From: Octopus vulgaris
Lineage: Eukaryota
DNA length: 64,000 nt
Reading direction: 5' to 3'
Assembly (NCBI GenBank): GCA_951406725.2
Contig: OX597814.1
Location: 192,324,001-192,388,000, forward strand
Both the position numbers and the translations under genes were made by a program. The notes under the pieces are model-generated. The model was not told where the DNA came from, ran no database searches, and saw only the letters and a list, made by a program, of their open reading frames with translations. How positions within the stretch are numbered: the stretch's first letter is position 1; each line of letters begins with the position of its first letter. This document shows positions 57,201 through 64,000 of the stretch, piece by piece.

Positions 57201-58481
57201 ATCGTGGAGCTTTAGGTGTTTTCGTTCAATAAACACACACAACGCCCGGACTGGGAATCGAAACTGCGATCTTCCACCCACGAGTCCGCTGCTCTAACCA
57301 CTGGGCCATTGCGCCTCCAATGAGTCCATGACTAAGAGAATATTCAATAGGAATGTCCTTACTTAAAAAATAAACCCTTCTTAACTCGCTGATTCAAAGA
57401 GAAAAGTACTTATTCATTTTATTCTTCGTCCCCACAAATAAAAAAGGAGTAGAGATAAAATTGTATAGTTTACATCCTTGCTTCAATTTATGTAATACAA
57501 CAAGAGACCTCCTTACTCTAATAGAAAAATACTTTTCTTCTGATATAGAAAGCTTTTTAGCATAAGAAATCTTAAAATAAACTGTATCACAAACATAAAA
57601 ATATATCACACACACACAAACGAAACCAAAGGTGCACACCTATGAATATTCTAATATATACTCACTAATCAGTTACTGCGACGCAGAAGCAGAAGGAAAT
57701 TTCAAAGAAGTACATCTGCTCATAAATATATACAAAAAAAATTTCTTCCAAATTGCCAACCGTGATTATGTACCTCTTCATCATCGGCGGAGGTTAATCT
57801 CCTTTAATCATAAATAAGAATTTTGATTCTCTTTAAACAAAGGGATCGTTTTTCAACGACTTTATATATAAACGTAATTTAAAATGACAGTTTTAAGGGA
57901 AAGAACTCCCACCGCCTGAGAATGAATTATTAATTTTGATAGCGATTTCACTATTACCATTAAGGGGAAATAACACGCATCTTCTGACGACGAATTGATT
58001 ACCTTAGAGACCCGATTTTTTTTCTATAGTTGTTGGAAAATGTGTTTTTTTAAAGAAAAGTCTCAAATATTTCTCATTTCTTGGTACTACGAAATCAATA
58101 ATTGATCAAACGACAAGTCTATTAGTATTAATTTCCGAATACAAATACATTACTGTCTATAACGAGAACTATAAACTTAGATATGTTTCGACCAAAATAT
58201 ATATAAACAATTGCAGCGTGGAAGGTGTTTATAAGCCATTTAAGGTGTTTATAAGTCATTTAAGAAACACACACAAACCGTTAGATTTACTTCAACAACA
58301 GGTCGCGGTCTCAAAGCGACGAAAATATTTTGACAAATTAAATTTAAATGTTGAAGTGAATCTAACGGTTTTTATGTGTTTCTTAAATGACTTATAAACA
58401 CCTTCCACGCTGCAATTGTTTTCGTTCCAGCACACAATCTCATATCAGGTCACTTGCTATGCAAGTACATCTCCGTAAATC

Positions 58482-58526
<45 letters not shown>

Positions 58527-60197
58527 TGTGTACAGTGCTCAGGTGCACTACAACTCATCTAAAGTGTATAATCAGGTGTAGTTTCGGCGGATTTCGGAAA
58601 GCATGAGGGCCTTAAAGGATGCAGTGTCATGGCAGTCAACAACTGACGCAGGCAGTTTATTCCATGCTTCAGCAACTCTGAGCGTGAAAAAATGTTTCCG
58701 AAAGTCATGGGAGCTGTGCTGTTTTCTGACTTTGTAGGCATGTCCACGTGTGTTAGACACATGGAGATCAAAAAGGTGTTCAGTGTTGTTGTTGGTGAGG
58801 TGGTTAATAACTTTGTGGGTGTTTACCAAGTCCGTCGCCAGACGCCGGAGCTTCAGTGAATCCATGCCCAGGGAAACAAGGCGCTCAGAATATGGTAGGT
58901 GTCTGATGGAGGGTATGCGTTTGGTTGCACGTCTCTGGACAGATTCCAGGAGGTCAATGTTCTGAGCAAGATAGGGGTTCCAAACTGATGATGCGAATTC
59001 CAAGTGTGGTCGTACCATAGCTGTATACAGTTTTAAATAGATGGCTGGAGAGCGACTAACAAAAGTCTTGCTGAGTGATGCCAAGACACCCTCGGCCTTC
59101 TTGACAATTTTAGAGATATGCTTTGTCCAACGCAAATCACTGCTGACAGTGATGCCTAGGTCACGCTCGCAAGAGGATTTCTTGATATCAGTGTTGTGGA
59201 GGGAGTATGTGGACGCAGGGTTTTTTCTCCCAAAATGCATGGTGGTACACTTGTCCACAGCCAGTTTCAGTTGCCAGTTGCCAGTCTATATATTTATATC
59301 TTTCAATACTATTTTATCAAACACTAGCAGAAATACCCATCGTTGACAGGGTTCAGAAAGTGTCTTTAAAAATCATACCCTGATTTATGTAAGTTACTGC
59401 TTTTATATTATTGAATGTTTTGTAGCAGAATATCCGCAAGCTCTTATTGCCAGGTTTCAGCCCCAAAAGTTATATTTTACTAATGGGTCTGCTGATAGTC
59501 TCTTCAGCTCTTTCTCTTTTCCTGCACTGAAACTGTTTAGGTAGTCCAAATTAAATTTTTTCCGAGGCATTGTAGTAGGGGAAATTAATCAATAAGACAG
59601 GGGGACTTAACTCATGTTAGCAAACTTACTGATTTCACCAACATGAAAATTAGTAAAAGTTATGGTTGAAAAGCTATTTTTACTGCTCCAGGGGTGCCTC
59701 AGGAAAAATAAGTTGACCAAAGCACGGCCATAATCATGACCAATGTCCTCCTAAAATTGGAGCGACATGCATACTAATTTGTGGACGTGCATAAAGTACA
59801 TTCACGTACACACACACACACACATACTGCATTTTATAGCTATAGATAACAGAAGAGAGAGAAGTAGAGGAAGAGAGAGAAGTAGAGGAAGAGAGAGAGG
59901 TGAGGACGGAGGGAGGGGGAGAAAGAGAGAGGAAAGAAGGAAGACATGTAAAGAGCAGAGGGCAAGGAATAACAGCAAATCACTTTCGAAGTACACTCTA
60001 CGCCTACAAAAGCGAAAGGACGTATCGGACGGATAGTATAGTGATAGGTACTGATAAGTTATATCTAAAAGAGAGAGAAAAGTGAAATGAGAACAGCTGG
60101 ATTGACTTCGATAATAAATTTGCATACATGAGCTTACCAATAATAAAAATAAATATAACAATATAATTTAAACACATATATGCACACACAGTGTGTA

Positions 60198-60270
<73 letters not shown>

Positions 60271-61101
60271 ATGGACTTACCGGCATCGATTAGCATTTTA
60301 ACTATATCAGCATAGTCATAGTACGCAGCTCGGATTAATGCCGTGTCTCCATTACCATTTTTGATGTTCAGATCACAGTTTTCTTAAAATAAATAAACAA
60401 ACAAATAAATAAATAAATAAATAATTTTTTTTTGCTGTAAGCACAAGGCCTGAAATTTTGGGAGAGGGGTGCTAGTCGATTACATCAAGCCTAGTATTCA
60501 ACTGGTACTTAATTTATCGATCCCGAAAGGATGAAAGGCAAAGTCGACCTCGGTGGAATTTGAACTTGGAACGTCTTAAAGATGGATTAAGTACCTATTT
60601 CTTTACTGCCCACAAGGGGCTAAACACAGAGGGGACAAACAAAGACAGACGAACGGATTAAGTCGTTTATATCAACCCCAGTACGTAACTGGTACTTAAT
60701 TTATCGACCCCGAAAGGATGAAAGGCAAAGTCGACCTCGGCGGAATTTGAACTCAGAACGTAGCGGCAGACGAAATACGGCTACGCATTTCGCCCGGCGT
60801 GCTAACGTTCCTGCCAGCTCGCCGCCTTGATGGATTAAGTACCGTTAAGCATTTCGCTCGGCGTGTTAACGAATTTGCCAGCTTGCCACCTTAATAATGA
60901 TAATAATAATACGCCTTTCTACTATAGGCACAAGGCCTGAAATTTTGGGGAAGGAGACTAGTCGACTATATCGACCCCAGTGCGTAACTGGTACTTATTT
61001 CATCGACCCCGATAGGATGAAAGGCAAAGTCGACCTCAGCGGAATATTTGAACTCAGAACATGCAGACAGACGAAACACCCTCAAGCATTTCGCCCGGCG
61101 A

Positions 61102-61159
<58 letters not shown>

Positions 61160-61160
61160 T

Positions 61161-61217
<57 letters not shown>

Positions 61218-61662
61218 TCTTTCTACTGGAAGCACAACGCCTCAAATTTGGGGGGAAGGGATTAAGTCGATTACATCGACCTCAGTGCATAACTGGTACT
61301 TATTTAATCGATTGTTGATTATATCGACTCCAGTGTGTTACTGGTACTTATTTAATCGACCCCGAAAGAATGAAAGGCCAAGTCGACCTTGGCGGCATTT
61401 GAACTCAGAACGTAGCGGCAGACAAAATACCTATTTCTTTACTACCCACAAGGGGCTAAACACAGAGAGGACAAACAAGGACAGAGAAACGGATTAAGTT
61501 GATTATATCGACTCCAGTGTGTAACTGGTACTTATTTAATCGACCCCGAAAGGATGAAAGGCCAAGTCGACCTCGGCGGAATTTGAACTCAGAACGTAAC
61601 GGCAGACGAAATACCGCTAAGCATTTCGCCCGGCGTGTTAACGAATCTGCCAGATTGCCAAC

Positions 61663-61719
<57 letters not shown>

Positions 61720-62113
61720 TTTATCTTCAGATAAATCCACCTGTTTTTCCTCTTCTCTTTCCCCTTCCTCGTGTAAATGCCATCCCCCGCACACACACAC
61801 ATACACACAGAATATCATAATATGCTTATTATGTATACAGACCACAATCAATAAACAGCTCTACAATCTGTGCACAGCCTCTTTCCACGGCGTCATGAAG
61901 TGGTGTCAGTCCGTTGGTCCTTCTGGCGTTTGGGTTGGCTCCGGCTTTAAGGAGAAGAGTAGTGCTAGTTACTCGCGAATAAGTGGTTGCTATGTGGAGA
62001 GGGGATTTCCCTTCTTCATCTTTTATATCGACTGTTGAGCTGTGACGGTTTAAATAATTCTCCAAACTGATCACACAGTTTTGGTATACCCAGTCATGAA
62101 GGTCGGTCGGCAT
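53582..62113 (-). CDS. Ankyrin-repeat protein (about 4 ANK repeats plus a basic low-complexity tail), about 380 aa, 3 coding exons
   Basis: Exons 61843-62113, 54909-55115, 53582-54246, both introns phase 1 GT-AG. An in-frame TAA 6 nt before the ATG and an acceptor at 62129-62130 imply a non-coding upstream exon. Confidence 0.85.
54909..55115 (-). CDS. Ankyrin gene coding exon 2 (not in the ORF track)
   Basis: ADAEIRNNCGQTALLVSLWEGSINTAEFLIESNCNLEVIDLNGHSALYAAIH...RLVKA; ttgcag/gtaaat. Confidence 0.88.
56245..56846 (-). mobile_element. tRNA-derived SINE family A, head plus three tandem bodies; other copies at about 5797-6033, 15577-15811, 19320-19520, 38390-38601, 43305-43532, 60436-61660
   Basis: GGCGGCGAGCTGGCAGAAACGTTAGC..GAGTTCAAATTCCGCCGAGGTCGACTTTGCCTTTCATCC..TAAAGAAATAGG with a ~183-bp period. 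Confidence 0.85.
58206..58475. mobile_element. Foldback element, same family as 43648-43868
   Basis: aacaattgcagcgtggaaggtgtttataag ... cttataaacaccttccacgctgcaattgtt inverted arms. Confidence 0.78.
58484..59285 (-). mobile_element. CR1-group LINE 3' fragment (RT C-terminus) with TAA-repeat tail
   Basis: ERDLGI, LYTAMVRPHLEFASSVWNP, LESVQRRATK, TRGH, FFTLRVAEAWNKLP; tail at 58484-58525. Confidence 0.92.
61843..62113 (-). CDS. Ankyrin gene coding exon 1
   Basis: GKSPLHIA..LLLKAGANPNAR..GLTPLHDAVERG ankyrin consensus. Confidence 0.9.
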
Positions 62114-62245
62114 AGTTTATTTTACGTTCTAAATGTTTAAAGAAAAATACAAAAAAAACAACATGCATACGATTAAATAAGCTGAAAGCTTTTCGTGTGA
62201 ACATAAGGAAAACCAAAATTTACTTATACCATACGATATACAATA

Positions 62246-62988
62246 CCGTAAATCCTCGAGTATAATCCGCACTTTTTTCCCAAAATTTAAAGGTCAAAAT
62301 CCCTAGTGCGTACTATATACGAGGTTAAAAATGAAAAATATTTTCTTAGCAATGCCCGAGTCTCTATTTGCAGTCCGGCAATGTTTATTCAGACACATTT
62401 TGTGATGTCGGGCACGAAAATACATTAAGCTAAGCCCGAAAGCAATGAAGTCATAAAAGAATCATCCATAATTTGCAGTAAGCAACATTTATTAAAATAA
62501 AAGTATTCAGAACACAGAATAACACGTAGCAAAAACAATTTACAAACATATTTACATTCCCATATAACAGTTAAGAACATCACCATTATTGTGTTAAGCA
62601 TGCGCGGAAGTGTTTGTTCGTCTAGGTGCTGGCTTAATTACGTCCGAAAATACCTTAAGCTAAGCCTGAGAGCAATGAAGTCATGAAAGAATCATCCATA
62701 ACTTGCAATAAGCAACATTTATTAAACGTTATTACTGTTATTTCTTTATTTTCTGCAAACAAAATGCACAAAAAAGCTACACGTTTGCATTGTGTTATAT
62801 GTACAATAATAATAAAGGACGTTATCGTATACATTTTTACAAACCAAGGACGTTATATAGACCTCCTTCACTCAAGTTTGAGAAGGGGTGCGCGTATTAT
62901 ACACAAGGTTTAGGTTTTTCAGAAATACAGCCCCCTCAAAATCCCCTACGTACTATACTCAAGGGCAGATATACTCGAGGATTTACGG
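62246..62988. mobile_element. Tigger/pogo-like non-autonomous DNA transposon
   Basis: TIR CCGTAAATCCTCGAGTATA with TA flanks; internal ~80-bp direct repeat (62415-62495 / 62645-62725). Confidence 0.85.
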
Positions 62989-63060
62989 TAATTAATTTTG
63001 AAAATAATGAAGGGTTTGTTAAAAAAACTTTGTCATTATTAAGCTGGTGTCTGGAATACA

Positions 63061-63712
63061 ATGTATGTATGTATGTATGTATGCATGTATGTATGTATGT
63101 ATGTATGTATGTATGTATGTATGTATGTATGTATGTATGTATGTATGTATGTATGTATGTATGTGTGTGTGTATGTATGTATGTATGTATGTATGTATGT
63201 ATGTATGTATGTATGTATGTATGTATGTATGTATGTCTCTTCTATTTTTTAATTACTATAAATTTTCTACTGAGGAGAAAGCCGGTTTCCAAAAATAATA
63301 AAGACAAATTCACATTTGGAACTTGAGAAAAGTCTTGCATATTTTACCTGTTCCACTCACAGATTGCACTTGTAATGTACGAATTTGCCGGTCGATTTCT
63401 CTTTCTGAAAATCTCAGTTTCTCCAGATTCTCCTTTAAGCATTTACTAACAAAACCTTTTGCTCCAATGATTGTATGTATGTTTTTATGTATGTATGTAT
63501 GTATGTATGTATGTATGTATGTATGTATGTATGTATGTATGCATGTGTGTGTATGTATGTATGTATGTTTGTATGTATGTATGTATGTATGTATGTATGT
63601 ATGTATGTATGTATGTATGTATGTATGTATGTATGTTTGTATGTATGTATGTATGTATGTATGTACGTACGTATGTATGTATGTATGTACGTACGTATGT
63701 ATGTATGTATGT
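63061..63712. repeat. (ATGT)n arrays at 63061-63236 and 63472-63712
   Basis: Read directly from the sequence. Confidence 0.95.
63237..63471 (-). mobile_element. 3' end of an REL-type (R4-like) non-LTR retrotransposon inside an (ACAT)n array
   Basis: 63471..63310 encodes IIGAKGFVSKCLKENLEKLRFSEREIDRQIRTLQVQSVSGTGKICKTFLKFQM*, followed by a short 3' UTR. A related 3' UTR starts at 63713. Confidence 0.7.
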
Positions 63713-64000
63713 CTCGCCTATTTATTTTATTATTATAAATCTTTCACTGAGGAGAAAGCCGGTTTTCAGCAAAGATTCAAGGCTTCATATTTGGGATATA
63801 GTTAACACAGACAAATTGTAAACATAACGGGCTGGATATTGTTGTTTGGGGCAGAGGGACAAAGGCATGTACCATCATAGAGGTCAGCTATGTGTGTGTG
63901 TGTATGCATGTTGTCTTTCTCTTTTTAATTTAAAGTAAATTTTGACCGGCCACCTACTTGGTAGCAAGGTTGTAAAGGAAAGCATTTTATTTTAAACACC

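Overview
Repeat-rich, AT-rich animal genomic DNA, most likely an octopod cephalopod (inferred from the SINE/RTE/microsatellite landscape, not verified). I reconstructed three spliced protein genes by hand, all introns GT-AG with consistent phases: (1) the last 6 coding exons of TTC30/IFT70 (+, stop at 14009); (2) a complete 18-exon HACL1 (-, 48382..14884, about 573 aa, ending -SKL), convergent with TTC30; (3) a 3-coding-exon ankyrin-repeat gene (-, 62113..53582, about 380 aa) whose tail has an RVxF motif. Introns and intergenic DNA hold an apparently intact CR1-group LINE (PHD-like/polyQ ORF1, AUG-less ORF2 joined at a G_GGA_AAC slippery heptamer), R4/Dong-like fragments in (TAA)n and (ACAT)n arrays, a tandem 3-LTR Gypsy-derived element just upstream of HACL1, a U2 snRNA/SINE-tail chimera, MITEs, Helitron-like elements and many SINEs. 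The most interesting signal is a set of Penelope-like foldback elements carrying minimal hammerhead-ribozyme motifs, including a tRNA-headed SINE-like family with a hammerhead-bearing tail. Family names come from recalled motifs and no database search was run. Repeat boundaries are approximate.
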